Positions 11,836 to 23,691 of a DNA stretch of 64,000 nt are shown here, piece after piece (positions within the stretch are counted from its first letter, which is position 1; every line of letters starts with the position of its first letter). This stretch comes from Thecamonas trahens ATCC 50062. Lineage: Eukaryota > Protista > Apusomonadida. The position numbers and the translations under genes are program-made. The notes beneath the pieces were generated by a model. It was not told the origin of the DNA and did not search any database. It saw only the letters and a list, made by a program, of their open reading frames with translations. The stretch is from the NCBI RefSeq assembly GCF_000142905.1, contig NW_013657678.1, positions 496,001 through 560,000 of the forward strand. Reading direction: 5' to 3'.

Positions 11836-12723
11836 ATGGCGCTGTACGGATCAAGCTCTGCACTCGCACAGGCATGGACAGGAGGATCTTCCACCGCAGG
11901 TGAGCTCGGGGAAGCACTGCGGGCAGAGAGGCTGGCGCGCGAGGCGGCGGGAGAGTCGGCTGCGCTCGACACAGGCGTGCTCACCGATGGCGCCAAGTCG
12001 AGCAGCAGCGGGGTGATGGACGGCGGAGCCGGTAGCAGTGGCAACAGCAATAGCAGCAACGGCATGGCCAATGGCAAGCCGGAGAGACAGATCGAGCTCG
12101 CAGGTCTGCAACCGGCTCCGCCTCCGGGCCCGCCAACCCGGGCGCGGTCGAGGTCTGGGGCGAGGACGGTGGCCAATCGCCAGACTGACGAGGTCACCGA
12201 CCAACCGGTCAAACTCGGCAGGGTTCTCGACACTTCGCCAAACACCAAGAAGCGGCGCCGGCGAAAGAGTGCAGGCAAGCGGATCGGGGCATCGCGGCTC
12301 GGAGAGTTGTGCCAAATCTGCTACGCACACCCTCGTGATGGCCTCCTCCAGCCGTGTGGCCACCGGGTTGTGTGCGGCGCATGCCTTTCAACGCTCAGCG
12401 AACACTTTACTCGCTGTCCAGTCTGCCGCGGGCCGATCAAGCAGACTTCGTTTGAGCATACGGCGCTCGACCTTGGCGCGCTCAATGCTCTTGCCAAACT
12501 CCCGCCGATCGGCGGCGACGGCGGCGAAGGCGCGAGCTCCGAGCGAGCAGAGGCAGGCGACGGCGACGGGTGCCGAGCCTGCGGGAGCGCTACGGCCAAC
12601 GCCATGTTTGTGCCTTGCGAGCATGTGCTCCTCTGCGCCACCTGCGCAGCAGCCATCGAGCCGGCGTTTTGCGTTGCGTGCTGGACGCGGGTCGACGGAC
12701 ACAAGGCCACGTTTGTCACATGA
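11836..12723 (+). CDS. double RING-HC (C3HC4, IAP/MIB-type) putative E3 ubiquitin ligase
   Basis: CQIC...LQPCGHRVVCGAC...CPVCR and CRAC...FVPCEHVLLCATC...CVAC. Start codon uncertain. Confidence 0.8.
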   Translation: MALYGSSSALAQAWTGGSSTAGELGEALRAERLAREAAGESAALDTGVLTDGAKSSSSGVMDGGAGSSGNSNSSNGMANGKPERQIELAGLQPAPPPGPPTRARSRSGARTVANRQTDEVTDQPVKLGRVLDTSPNTKKRRRRKSAGKRIGASRLGELCQICYAHPRDGLLQPCGHRVVCGACLSTLSEHFTRCPVCRGPIKQTSFEHTALDLGALNALAKLPPIGGDGGEGASSERAEAGDGDGCRACGSATANAMFVPCEHVLLCATCAAAIEPAFCVACWTRVDGHKATFVT

Positions 12724-12737
12724 GGTGCGAGTTGGGA

Positions 12738-15104
12738 TCAAGTTGTCCCATAGAGCGCCAGCTGAGCAGCAGCGGTCGGGTACGACGAGAATGAGACGTC
12801 AGTCTTGCCCTCGGCATGGTCGAGGGCGGCACCGACGGTAGAAAAGAGCGACGAGCCGCCGATGCGGGCAATGAGGTTGGTGGCCACCAGCTGGATCTTG
12901 CAATGGTCGTTGAGACCGACCAGGTAGAGCGCCACACCGCGGAGGCGGTAGTTGTCGACCAACGACTTGAGGCCTGCCAGTGCTGCAGCGTCAAAGTGGT
13001 GGACGGCGGCGACAACAAGGATGACGGCCCGGAGCTTGGGCAGAACAGTGTGCAGCTCGTCGCGCTGCGACGGATGGGCGTCGACCGAGCCGAGGTGCTC
13101 GATCTTGTCCAGGATTGCCACCAGCTGGCCGATGTTGGCAAAGTTGAGCTGTGACTCGTCCACTCGGAGCACAAGCGTGTCGGCCGGAGGAACAGCCGAC
13201 GGAAACTGGTTGATGTCGACAAAGGTCCGCTGGATAGAGCCCGGCGCGTGTGGCGAGTTCTCGGAGAGCAGGAGCTCGCCAAGAATAGCAAAGTGCGGGA
13301 ATGAAGAGGCCCGAATGACAAGCAAGAGCGAGAGCGCGATGGAGACTAGCAGGCCAGCCTCGACGCCCCACACCACCGTGATGACCAGCGCCATACCTAC
13401 AAGCGCGAGCTCGGACATGGCCCGCAGCGAGTAGAGAAAGACAACCTCGGGGCCCTCGAACAGCAGCAGCGCGGCACGGAGGATAAAGGCAGCAATGACG
13501 CCGATCGGCAGGTGGTAAAGCGTCGGGGTGAGCCAGAGCAGCGTTGCAAACGAGAGCAGCGCCACCGTGGCTCCGGTGGCCTGGGTCCGCGCCCCGGTGG
13601 ACGCCTGCAGCGACGATCGCGACGACTCGCCAAAGACTGGGAAAGCGCCAAAGATGGCGCCGGCGACATTGGCCAGCCCCAGCGCCACAAGCTCGCGGTT
13701 GCCGGAGAGCCGCGGCGTGTTGGCCGTCGCCCGCGCAGGATACGCTTTGGCCACCGAAATCGAATACACATAGCCGATGATGGCGATGGCGGTCCCGGAC
13801 TGGACTGCGGGCCCGAGAAGCTCCCACGTCGGCAGCCGAGCCGACGGCAGCCCCGAAGAGGTGTGGCCCACAACAGCCACGCCGTGCTTGTCGAGCTCAC
13901 CCCACCGCGAGACAAGGAGCATGACAACAAGAACCACAAGAAACTCGGGGAAGAGCAGGACCCAAGTCCGGGCCCGCGACACCGGCCACTGCCGCACCAC
14001 ACGCTGCTTGAGCCAGTACGTGGCGACAAGAAAGACCAGCGACGAGAGCGAGCACGCGATGGCGAGACCCGACGCCTCGCCAAAGTGGGTGAACACGTAT
14101 CCTATCTTGCGGATCGACGCGTAGTCAGACACGTGTGCCTGCTGCGGGAGCCCAAACAGTGCGTCGAGCTGGTCACACACCAGCACAATGGCAACGCCGA
14201 GGCGGTAGCCCACCAGAATGCTCGACGAGAGCACGTTTTCCAGAAACCCGAACCGAACAAGCCCAAGAAGCATGCACACAACGCCCACCACCAGCGTCAG
14301 TGCCGCTGCCGCAGCTTCGGGTGCCACCCCGGCCCCTGCTCGCTTGACATATGATCCCACGAGGAGCGCAACCAGCGCGTCCGGGCCCACCGAGAGTTGC
14401 GGCGAACTGCCAAACACCACATAGACAAGGAGCGGGACACCGGCAGCATACAGGCCATACACAGGATGCAGTCCCGCGAGCGTGGCGTACGAAAGTGAGT
14501 GTGGGAGGAGCATGGCGGCCACAGCGGCGCCGGCAAGCACGTCCCACAGCAGGAAGCTCGGCGAGTACACCGGGAGCCAGTGGACGATCGGCACATAGTA
14601 TGAAATCCACTTGAGCACCCCAGCTTCCCGCACCATCTGTGCCCGGCGGCTTCGTGTTCGCCCACCAAGCAGAGGCGCGTGGGCAGCATCATGCGTGTCG
14701 ACCTTTGCACCGGTCCACTCGAACGGCTTTGCGCCGGCTTCACAGGATCCGCCCTCGTGCAGCGACGGCGTCAACCTTGGCGACGATGCCGATGTTGTGG
14801 ATGAAGAAGATGCGGATGCCGATGGTGATGATGACGCCGACGCCGACGCCGACGCCGATGGTTGTGGCGAGCAATGTGGCGGCGAGAGGACGCCAGCATT
14901 GCGCGGCAAGGATGCAGAGATGGCCGATCCCGGAACAGACGTCGCCGCCAAGGGCGACTGGAGGTACCCATCACCATACCCATATTGGCCGCCATGTAAT
15001 GATACCGTCCGCTCCGGAGTCCTCCTCTGCAACGATCGGTGGTACGACGCAAGTCGGTCCTTGATGATGGCCGACGCCGTCCGAGACGGCGCAGTCGACG
15101 ACAT
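12738..15104 (-). CDS. SLC26/SulP anion transporter with STAS domain
   Basis: DVLAGAAVAAMLLPHSLSYATLAGLHPVYGLY, FGSSPQLSVGP, NRELVALGLAN, SSRS; STAS (LNFAN...HFDAAAL). Confidence 0.95.
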   Translation of the reverse strand: MSSTAPSRTASAIIKDRLASYHRSLQRRTPERTVSLHGGQYGYGDGYLQSPLAATSVPGSAISASLPRNAGVLSPPHCSPQPSASASASASSSPSASASSSSTTSASSPRLTPSLHEGGSCEAGAKPFEWTGAKVDTHDAAHAPLLGGRTRSRRAQMVREAGVLKWISYYVPIVHWLPVYSPSFLLWDVLAGAAVAAMLLPHSLSYATLAGLHPVYGLYAAGVPLLVYVVFGSSPQLSVGPDALVALLVGSYVKRAGAGVAPEAAAAALTLVVGVVCMLLGLVRFGFLENVLSSSILVGYRLGVAIVLVCDQLDALFGLPQQAHVSDYASIRKIGYVFTHFGEASGLAIACSLSSLVFLVATYWLKQRVVRQWPVSRARTWVLLFPEFLVVLVVMLLVSRWGELDKHGVAVVGHTSSGLPSARLPTWELLGPAVQSGTAIAIIGYVYSISVAKAYPARATANTPRLSGNRELVALGLANVAGAIFGAFPVFGESSRSSLQASTGARTQATGATVALLSFATLLWLTPTLYHLPIGVIAAFILRAALLLFEGPEVVFLYSLRAMSELALVGMALVITVVWGVEAGLLVSIALSLLLVIRASSFPHFAILGELLLSENSPHAPGSIQRTFVDINQFPSAVPPADTLVLRVDESQLNFANIGQLVAILDKIEHLGSVDAHPSQRDELHTVLPKLRAVILVVAAVHHFDAAALAGLKSLVDNYRLRGVALYLVGLNDHCKIQLVATNLIARIGGSSLFSTVGAALDHAEGKTDVSFSSYPTAAAQLALYGTT

Positions 15105-15373
15105 GGCAGCCGCAGCCAAGGACGTCTACTAGAGCCGGGAAGAGGTAGCACCGGTAGCACCGGCGGAGAAAAAGCAAGACGAGTGGAAGACGGAAGAGTG
15201 GTGCGAGGGTGAGGGTGAGGGCGAGGGCGAGTGCGGTGTGTGAGCTGGTTGCGCTTGGTCGGCTACCTGACCCGGTGTGGTGGCCACCGCCATGACCTGG
15301 CGATTCGATAAGGGAATGTGCGGCCTGAGTATTGGGTTTGGGGCAATGATGGGGAGATGGAGTGATGGTGTAG

Positions 15374-18300
15374 TCACGAGCTTTTACTGGGCAAGCTCGG
15401 CCTCACGGGCGGCGCGGTTCGACGCGGCGACAGCGGCGATGCGATCCCACCTCGCGGCGCGTGCGCGTTCGTCCTTCTTGCGCGACTTTCGGTTTTGGCA
15501 TAGTCCTGCAGAGCAGTGGCAAAGGCCATCTTGTCGAGCTCCATGATGGCTTGCAGGCGGTCGTAGGTGAGCGAGTTGATGTAGCGGTCCCAGTGCGAGC
15601 GCGAGTTGCGGTAGAGCGGGCCAATGAGCGCGGGAAGAGCAGAGCGGAGGTTTGCGTTGACGACGGCCTCAAAGGCCTCTGTGCCGAGCATGTTGAGTGC
15701 ACGCTCTGCAACCTGCAGCTGCGGCGACTCGATGCAGAGTGCAACGCGCTCAAGGGCGGCGGCCCGGGTGGGCTCCGGCAGGGCAAGAGCACCGGCGGGG
15801 CCGAGCGTGTCAAAGACTGCACCAACCTGACGGAGGAACAGCTCCTCCTTGGCAGCCGAGGTGCGGGCCAGAACTTGACCAGAAAGCTGAGCAGGGCGTT
15901 GGGCATACCCGCCAGCGGAAGGACGGCATCGTTGACTAGATCCAGCAGGGGATCGATAAACCGGATGAGCTGGGCCGACTTGAAGAGGGCAAAGACAACC
16001 GAGGAGATGTAGTGGACACCGTCAGGCGCGGGTGGATTGCCAAAGTGAGCGAGCATGCCGGCCTCGTGGACGAGCTTAATGAGCTCGCCCGGACCTGCGT
16101 GGAGCTCGTTCTCGTACACAAACGTGAGGATGACGTGGGCTATCGAGTCGCGGAGGAACCGCTGAAGGTAGGTACATGTCGAGTAGACAACAACGAGAAC
16201 GTCCTTGACCGCGTTGCGCTCGTCGGCGTCGTAAGAGTTGAGGAGGTCGAGAAGCTCTGCGACAAAGTCGCGCGTGATGTACTCCTTGGCAAGGGTGACC
16301 GAGAACGACGGGTGCTTGAGGAACGACTTGAAGATGTGGTAAACAACCTCAACGTGCGGCCACGACTTGAGGAGGGCCGGCTCCGGCTCGTCAGTAAAGT
16401 CAAAGTCTGCGGCATGGAGCTCGGTGACAAGGCCCGGTGGGCGCGGGCGCTCAAAGAGGAGGTTTGCGCGGAGGAGCGAGAGGAGGACGGGGTACTCCAT
16501 TTCGTCGATGGCGACGTCGGTGCCTGTGCCGTAGACCTCTGCCAAGGTGAGGAGCGCACGCTGCTTGTGGGCCTTGCCCTGTGGGTCGGCCTGCGGATCC
16601 TCAAAGTCGAAGAGGACGTAGCACTGGCGCATGAGCGAGATAACCTCGTCGCGCTTGGACTTGAGTGCGGTGGCAAGCTGGGAGCCCGAGGGTGAGATGG
16701 CAGCGAGCGAGAGTGCGCCTTCGGGCATACCGTCTGCGTCGTCTGCGGTACCGGACTTTGCCTTGAGGAAGAGGGTACCTGCACGGCGGGAAATCTTCTC
16801 CATCCAGTTGTGTGGCTTCTTGGGCTCGCCGCCGACAATGGAGGCCCACTGCTGGTCCTTGCGGAGACGCTCCTGGCCGAGGAGAACAAATTCCTCCTTG
16901 ATCATGGGGTACTTGGAGAGGACCGAGTCCATGACCTTCTTGGTGAGGACGGAGAGGTCGACTTCGGTGCGCGCGACGACCGAGGCGGTCCGCTTGCCCT
17001 CAATAAACATGGCGATTTCGCCGAAAAAGTCGCCAGCGCCGAGGGTAACGTTCTCGCGCTTTGCCGAGCCGTCGGCAGGGGCGTCGAACTCGATGTCGAC
17101 GACACCGCGGGCAATGAAAAACATGGACGAGCCGCGCTCGCCGCGGCGGACAATGTAGTCACCGCCCTCGTAGTGCTGGGTGATCATCGAGCCAAGGACT
17201 TCCTTAAGAAACTTGGGAATGTCGTACTGGTCAATGCCGCGCGCGACGTTGATGGAGAACCACTTGCGCTTGTGGGCCTTCATCTTGCGGCGGTGGGTGG
17301 TGTTCTTGTTCTGCTCGACGTCCCACTCTTCAAACTGGCGATGGAGAGCGCCCATGCGGAGCTTGCGGCGCTGCTCGTGAATGTCTGCTGTTGATACCGA
17401 GGCAGCGACGAGGGCGTCGCCCGAAGCGGTGGCAGAGCCGGCTTCAGCGTGTGATCGGACTGATCCAGCATTCGGGCCGGCGCGCGGACGGGATGCGCCT
17501 GACGGGGAGCTGGACGGCGAAGCCATGTTCTCGACGGCGTGGGCGACGGACTTCATCCACGCCGGCGTGGCATGGGCGGCAGAGCCCTGGCCGTCGAGAT
17601 CGGCCTGCAGCCTGTTCTGGGCGAGCATTAGGAACTCGTGATGGATGAGCGGATACTGGAAGAGGACGGCCTCGCACATGTCCTTAGTGAGGACACAGAC
17701 GTCGACGTCTGTGGCGGCACGGACTGAGGCTGTCCGCTTGCGCTCGAGAAACATGGCGATCTCGCCGAAAAAGTCGCCCGAGGCACAGGTCGGGTTTGGG
17801 CGCTGCTCACCCTCAGCGCGGTCGGGAAGAATGATCTCAACAGTGCCAGCGATGATGAAGAACATGGCCGAGCCGACGTCGCCACGGCGAACAATGAGGT
17901 CGCCCTCTTGGTAGTGGACAATGTCCATGGACGAGAGCATGGTCTCGACAAAGTCGGACGAGGTGGTCGTGGACAGCGACCGCACCATGCGCCGCGACTC
18001 GTCCGAAACGTCGCCGCCGGACGAGCCAGGCGCGGCGTTGCCTGCAGCGGCGGCGGTGACCTCACGGCGGATCTTGTGCAGCGATCGGCGCTTGAGGATG
18101 AGGGCCTGCTCGTGGGTGAGGAGGGCGCCGGTCTCGGGATCGCGCATGGCAAGCGAGGTGTCTGTGGCAGCATGCAGGAGCGAGCCACCGTGAGCGTCGG
18201 GCTCACCGGCGCTACCGGTGGCGAGCGGGGTGAGCTCGGTGCCCTTGCCCATGAGGCGGCCAATGGCGCGGGCGGCCTCACGCTCGGCCTCGGTCACCTC

Positions 18301-18883
18301 TTGCTCGTCGAGAAGCTCGAGCGAGTGGAGGCGGGTGAGGACATAGTTGCGGTAGATGTTGTAGTCTGCGTCAGTCTTGTCAACCTGGTAGCGCGGGTGC
18401 GGACAGCACGGGTTCATCCGCGAGTCGAGTGTCTTGAGCGCAGGCGTCTTGGAGCTGAGAAGCGTCACCATCTCGTGCACGTCGCCGAGCGCGTTGCGCG
18501 ACAGGTCCAGATCCGTCAGCCGGAGCAGGTTCGGAAAGGCGACAAGCGTGTCCAGTGCATTGTCGGCAAGTGCCAGGCCTGTCAGACGCGGAAAGTCTTG
18601 CAAATGCTCAAGCGAGCTGACGTCGAGGAGACCCTGTGGGGATGGCGGTGCGCGGGTGAGTTGCGGGACGAGGCGGGGGAGGGGGAAGAGGACGAGGGAA
18701 GAAGAAAGGAAGCGAACGTACACAGGAAGATAGATCGACAAACGAGGTTGTCTGCGAGTACTTTTCCACAATTGATGGAGGGATGGCAGTGACGCCAGCG
18801 ACTCGAAGCCGAGAGCCGTCAAACTCGTACCGAGGTGTCAAGCTCCCATCGACAGCTTGCATCTGTAGTGATGAGATTGCCAT
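15374..18883 (-). CDS. LRMDA-like LRR + two cNMP-binding domains + PP2A B56 domain fusion, ~1140 aa; intron 18634-18721, 1-nt frameshift at 15865-15867
   Basis: LRR/LRRcap (NPCCP...DYNIYRNYVLTRLHSLELLDEQEVTEAERE). Two cNMP folds (GDFFGEIAMF...KRTASV). B56 motifs (CYVLFDF, SWPHVEVVY, LLDLLNSYDADER, FWPRTSAAKEELFL, QVAERAL, SHWDRYI). One added C joins ORF 15403-18822 to the frame of ORF 15374-15691. Confidence 0.85.
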
Positions 18884-18937
18884 GTAATAGTTGAGTTCGG
18901 CGATCGACGATTAATGATAGGTGCAAGTGTGATGTCG

Positions 18938-18961
18938 ACGATGACGATGACAATGATGACA

Positions 18962-18999
<38 letters not shown>
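18938..18999. repeat. (GAT)n trinucleotide microsatellite
   Basis: Seen directly. Confidence 0.9.
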
Positions 19000-19615
19000 C
19001 AGAAGAGCATGTTGACGGTTGGGGTTGACGAGAAGAGTTGAAGTGGAGGGGGGGGGGAGGGGGGGTGCATGTAAGGGCAAAGCAGAGTGAGTCGCCGTCG
19101 TTGTGGTGAGTTGGCGTGGTGGTGGTGGCGGTGGTGGTGGTAGTGTGGTAGAGGTAGTAAGGGTGGCTGTGGATGGTGGTGGTGGTGGTGGGGAGGGGAG
19201 CGGAAGAGGGTGGCGGTTGGTATGAGGGAGAAGGACAGGGGAGGGGGGGGGGTGGGAAAGGCCGCAGTTGGCTCAGGAAAAGGGCGTAGATGGGAAAGTT
19301 AGAAAGGGACGTACTACGGCTCCGTCACTGCCTGGAACCACGCCACTGTTACCTCCAGCAGCCTTGGAACAGCACCCTCCCATGGTGCTCTACTCCAACT
19401 GGCTCACAGTGCGGTGACCCTTGGCCTTCCTCTCGTCGTCCGGTCCGGGCTGTCTCCCGCTGTTGTTGGCCGGGAAACGTTCGTTGAACGAACGAACACC
19501 CATCATTTGTCGCTCGTCTCTCTACCTCGTACATATCATGGATAACGTCATGGGCGGGCACGGATGACTACAGGAGTACACAGCAAATAGGTATCATTTG
19601 CTTGAGGGTGGGGAA

Positions 19616-20443
19616 TTAGGCAGACGATGGGTCGGAAGCAGGTGCTGGGCGGGCTGCATCGGGAGCGGCTGGATCGGAAGCAGCTGCGTCAGGAGAAGCT
19701 GGATCGGTAGCAGTTGGGTCGGAAGCAGCTGGGTCGGAAGCAGCTGCATCGGGGACACCATTCAAGCAGAGGACCTTATCGAGAGCGGCATAGGTGTGGG
19801 CAAGGACAACGATCTTGGACCAGGCAGCTGCAGCGAGAAGGGCGGCGTCGAGAGCAGCGACAAAGCGTGACTGAGCAGTCCGCAGCGAGGACGGGACCAT
19901 GATCCCGTACCATCGCAGCGGGTCCTTGACCTTGATAACCTCGTCCGAGTCCTCATCCCTGATCTTGGCCCCAGGAGGGAGACGAGCCGGGAGGTATGCC
20001 AGCTGTTGATCAATCTCGGCCAACCAGGTAGTCACGTCAAAGTGGGGATCGGCCATAGCGTCCAGGTGTGGAATCAAGTGACCATTACGGGCGATACGAC
20101 GGGAGAGGCCGCTGGGCGAGGGCGTGGAGGCGATGTCGGTGACGTTGGTCCTGCTGCTGTTGTTGTTAATGTTGTCGTCGATCGATGATGATGATGCGTC
20201 TTCAGTGACCACCACCCGAACAAGCGCCCGCATACCAGCTTCGTCCCATCCGTCTGCGCCAATGCCACCCGAGAGCGTCTTGCCGTCAAACCTTGCCTTT
20301 GCCAGCGAGACAAAGCCCGAGCGGACAGAGGCCTCCACCTCGCCCTGCGCTTCAAGGTACCGCTCCCAGCTCTCGAGAAGGCCGAGAGCCACATGGTCTG
20401 CCACACGCAACAGCCTGCGCTCGGTGTTGGTATCCATTGCCAT
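19616..20443 (-). CDS. CCDC115: CCDC115/Vma22 V-ATPase assembly factor with C-terminal PAASD repeats
   Basis: RSGFVSLAKARF and KDPLRWYGIMVPSSLRTAQSRF family motifs; 15-bp repeats encode PAASD/PDAAA at the C-terminus. Confidence 0.85.
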   Translation of the reverse strand: MAMDTNTERRLLRVADHVALGLLESWERYLEAQGEVEASVRSGFVSLAKARFDGKTLSGGIGADGWDEAGMRALVRVVVTEDASSSSIDDNINNNSSRTNVTDIASTPSPSGLSRRIARNGHLIPHLDAMADPHFDVTTWLAEIDQQLAYLPARLPPGAKIRDEDSDEVIKVKDPLRWYGIMVPSSLRTAQSRFVAALDAALLAAAAWSKIVVLAHTYAALDKVLCLNGVPDAAASDPAASDPTATDPASPDAAASDPAAPDAARPAPASDPSSA

Positions 20444-20703
20444 AGAGTCGATGGCGACAAGTGCGTGGGCTGGCGGTCTGGTTGGGTGTTGAGTGTTGAG
20501 TGTTGGGCGTTGGGTGAGTGTGGCGGGGGCGACAGCTGCGCACAATCGCTGCGCGCAGCAGCGGCTGGGGGGGGGGGGTTAGGAGATAAAGGGTTGGCAA
20601 GATTCATTGGTGCATGGTGCATCCGGTGGATGGCGCATCCGGTGCCAAGGGGAGGAATAGGTACAGCGTTCAAGACACAGACTGGCGAGGCATGACCGAG
20701 AGA

Positions 20704-21426
20704 TCACAGACGCTTGAGGCCGCGCTTCTTCTTGCCACCGGCCTTGGCCTTCTTCTTGGACACGCCCTTGGGCGCAGCGGCGGTCTTTGTAGCGATCTTG
20801 GACGGCGGGGCGGTGGAGGCCGGGGCGTTGGTGGCGTCGGTGAGGGTGGTCGAGGCGGTGGTGACAGAGCCAGCGGCTGCCTCGGCGGCCGCCACAGGCT
20901 GCGACTTGGATGCGGCAAGGGAGTCGCCACGGGCCGCGGCGGGGGTGGCGTGGATCGAGGTCATGAGGCGCGCTCGCGACGCATACTCATCAAAAGCCTC
21001 CAGCATCAGCTTGCCAGCGGTCTCATTGAGCGCCGACTCGGGATTGGGGAAGATCATGAGCGACTTGATGGTGAGAAGGACGTCGCGAAGGCCAAGGTCG
21101 GGCTTCCAGTCCTTCTTGAGGATGTTGAGGCAGATCTCACCGGTCTCGGGCCTCACGTTGGGGTGGAAGATGTTGGTGAGGAAGAAGCCGGCCGGAGGCG
21201 CAGCCGGGAACTCACAAGTCAGCTTGAGGAGAACCCGGAAGACGCCACCCTCAAACGGCGTCGCCTCGGGCCCGGTAATGTCCGCCGTCACCTGCGACAG
21301 CTCCTCGCCAATGACGAGCTCGATGCCGTCGGGCGGGGACCGCTTCATAGCCTTCAGCTCCTTCACCAGCCGCCGCATCACCGCCGGCGGCAGATTCTCA
21401 TTTGTGGATGCCTGCATCATCATCAT
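20704..21426 (-). CDS. UBE2S: ubiquitin-conjugating enzyme E2 S
   Basis: ENLPPAVMRRLVKEL, IFHPNV...GEICLNILKKDW, PNPESALNE, and the basic tail KKKRGLKRL typical of UBE2S. Confidence 0.93.
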   Translation of the reverse strand: MMMMQASTNENLPPAVMRRLVKELKAMKRSPPDGIELVIGEELSQVTADITGPEATPFEGGVFRVLLKLTCEFPAAPPAGFFLTNIFHPNVRPETGEICLNILKKDWKPDLGLRDVLLTIKSLMIFPNPESALNETAGKLMLEAFDEYASRARLMTSIHATPAAARGDSLAASKSQPVAAAEAAAGSVTTASTTLTDATNAPASTAPPSKIATKTAAAPKGVSKKKAKAGGKKKRGLKRL

Positions 21427-22136
21427 TGATCCCAATCCAAGCATACGTCACGTTGCCCAAATGTAAGTCCTTCATCGTCCTCCTATCGCTCCTGCATGCC
21501 CCCCGCCCCTCCGAAAGGCTCCAAAATTACAACCTGCCCGAGCCGACATGTTTTCCCTCCTCCCGACTGTCGACACAATCCGAGCCCAAGCAAGCTGCCT
21601 GTATCGGCTAGAAACAGGCCAACAAGCTCTACCAAGATATAACCTTGCCTAATATAGGCACTGTGACCCAGACTTGTGTAGCTGTTGGTTAGCGCCCGTA
21701 CCAGGACTGTGACCTTGAGGATAGTGACGACATCGACTGACGAATGTCTCAAATGTTTGGTCACTTGGCGCGCGCAACGGACGGCAAGAGGGCGGGTATG
21801 CCAAAGCAGAGGGCCTGAGGAAAGTAATGGGATGCCAAACGAGCAACCATGCAAATGAGAGCAAAGTGTATGCCTGCTCTACGTACCATTGTTGCAATGT
21901 GTGTGTGCGAGGTGGTAGACCGGCTTGCGGTTGTCCGGCTTGGTCTCGTGGGTGTCGAGTCGAGTGGACAGAAACGGAAGCGGCGGGTTCATTGTGGGCG
22001 AATCGAAGACGTGCCGCTGCGACTGCCACAAATCGCTTGGGAGGAGGATGGGGCGAGGGTCACTGATGACGTTCTGATTTCATTGCGACTCGACTATGAC
22101 GGCATGGATGTTTGTGTATGCTACACTGCTACACTG

Positions 22137-22722
22137 CTACACGTCTGGTGAGAGCGATGTGTCGAGGACGACGCCGTAATAGACCATGGCGAGGAGGCGT
22201 CGGCGCTGGGGATCAAGGAGCGAGGCAAAGACAAGATCGGGAAAGACGGCACGGGCCTGGCGGTTGATGTGGGCCTCGACAAGCTCGTCATCGTAGCCTA
22301 GTGTGAGCGCCATCATGGCTGATGAGGACGAGGCGTGAAAGTAGGAGAGGCATGGATCCGAGAAGCCCGCCGACGAGATGAGCATGCCGAGGTGGTGCTC
22401 GTGTGGCAGCCGCTGAGCAACACGGAGCAGGACGCCTTCCAGTTCGCGAATGTGGACGGTTGAGGCCTTGGTGGCCAGCGCTTTGCACTGTGCCCACACA
22501 TGGACCGGATCGCCGCAACTATCGGCGGCAGCGGCAGCGTCAGGGCGATGCCAGACGGCCGACACATCGATACCGTCATCGCCTGCGCCACCGACCTGCG
22601 CCACCGACTCCATTCCCCGCTGCCGCTCCATCCATGCCGCAGCCATCAGCTCGTATTCTGTCCCGACGTAGACGGTGGAAGGCGCCGAGTCGGCGTCGCC
22701 GCCGCCCGCATCGCCGTCGCCG
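22137..22722 (-). CDS. Mrr-like PD-(D/E)XK restriction-endonuclease-fold protein (Rrg7/DUF2034-like); 5' end lost in gap
   Basis: STVYVGTEYE, VGGAGDDGIDV, VWAQCK, IRELEG, GMLISSAGFS. Confidence 0.8.
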
Positions 22723-23436
22723 NNNNNNNNNNNNNNNNNNNNNNNNNNNNNNNNNNNNNNNNNNNNNNNNNNNNNNNNNNNNNNNNNNNNNNNNNNNNNN
22801 NNNNNNNNNNNNNNNNNNNNNNNNNNNNNNNNNNNNNNNNNNNNNNNNNNNNNNNNNNNNNNNNNNNNNNNNNNNNNNNNNNNNNNNNNNNNNNNNNNNN
22901 NNNNNNNNNNNNNNNNNNNNNNNNNNNNNNNNNNNNNNNNNNNNNNNNNNNNNNNNNNNNNNNNNNNNNNNNNNNNNNNNNNNNNNNNNNNNNNNNNNNN
23001 NNNNNNNNNNNNNNNNNNNNNNNNNNNNNNNNNNNNNNNNNNNNNNNNNNNNNNNNNNNNNNNNNNNNNNNNNNNNNNNNNNNNNNNNNNNNNNNNNNNN
23101 NNNNNNNNNNNNNNNNNNNNNNNNNNNNNNNNNNNNNNNNNNNNNNNNNNNNNNNNNNNNNNNNNNNNNNNNNNNNNNNNNNNNNNNNNNNNNNNNNNNN
23201 NNNNNNNNNNNNNNNNNNNNNNNNNNNNNNNNNNNNNNNNNNNNNNNNNNNNNNNNNNNNNNNNNNNNNNNNNNNNNNNNNNNNNNNNNNNNNNNNNNNN
23301 NNNNNNNNNNNNNNNNNNNNNNNNNNNNNNNNNNNNNNNNNNNNNNNNNNNNNNNNNNNNNNNNNNNNNNNNNNNNNNNNNNNNNNNNNNNNNNNNNNNN
23401 NNNNNNNNNNNNNNNNNNNNNNNNNNNNNNNNNNNN
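22723..23436. other. assembly gap (714 N)
   Basis: N run. Confidence 1.
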
Positions 23437-23691
23437 CGTCCCCCGTCCTCCTTCCCTACTCCCTCCCCCCCCCCCCCCCCCCCGCCCGCGCCGACATACA
23501 CCCTATATAACCTTCAAACAACATCCGATCAAACTGTATCCCTCTTCCTACGACCCGATCTACCTCTGCGCCCGACACCATCACGTCCACCAACCTCAAC
23601 CAACCGACCGCATTCACCTCTGCACCACCGCACTCCCGCTCGCCCTCCTCCCCTCCACACCCCACCACCACACCCTACCAACACAACTACC

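Noticed and set aside
11606-11917. HPY-repeat ORF on the minus strand
   Set aside because: Shadow of the 9-bp minisatellite.
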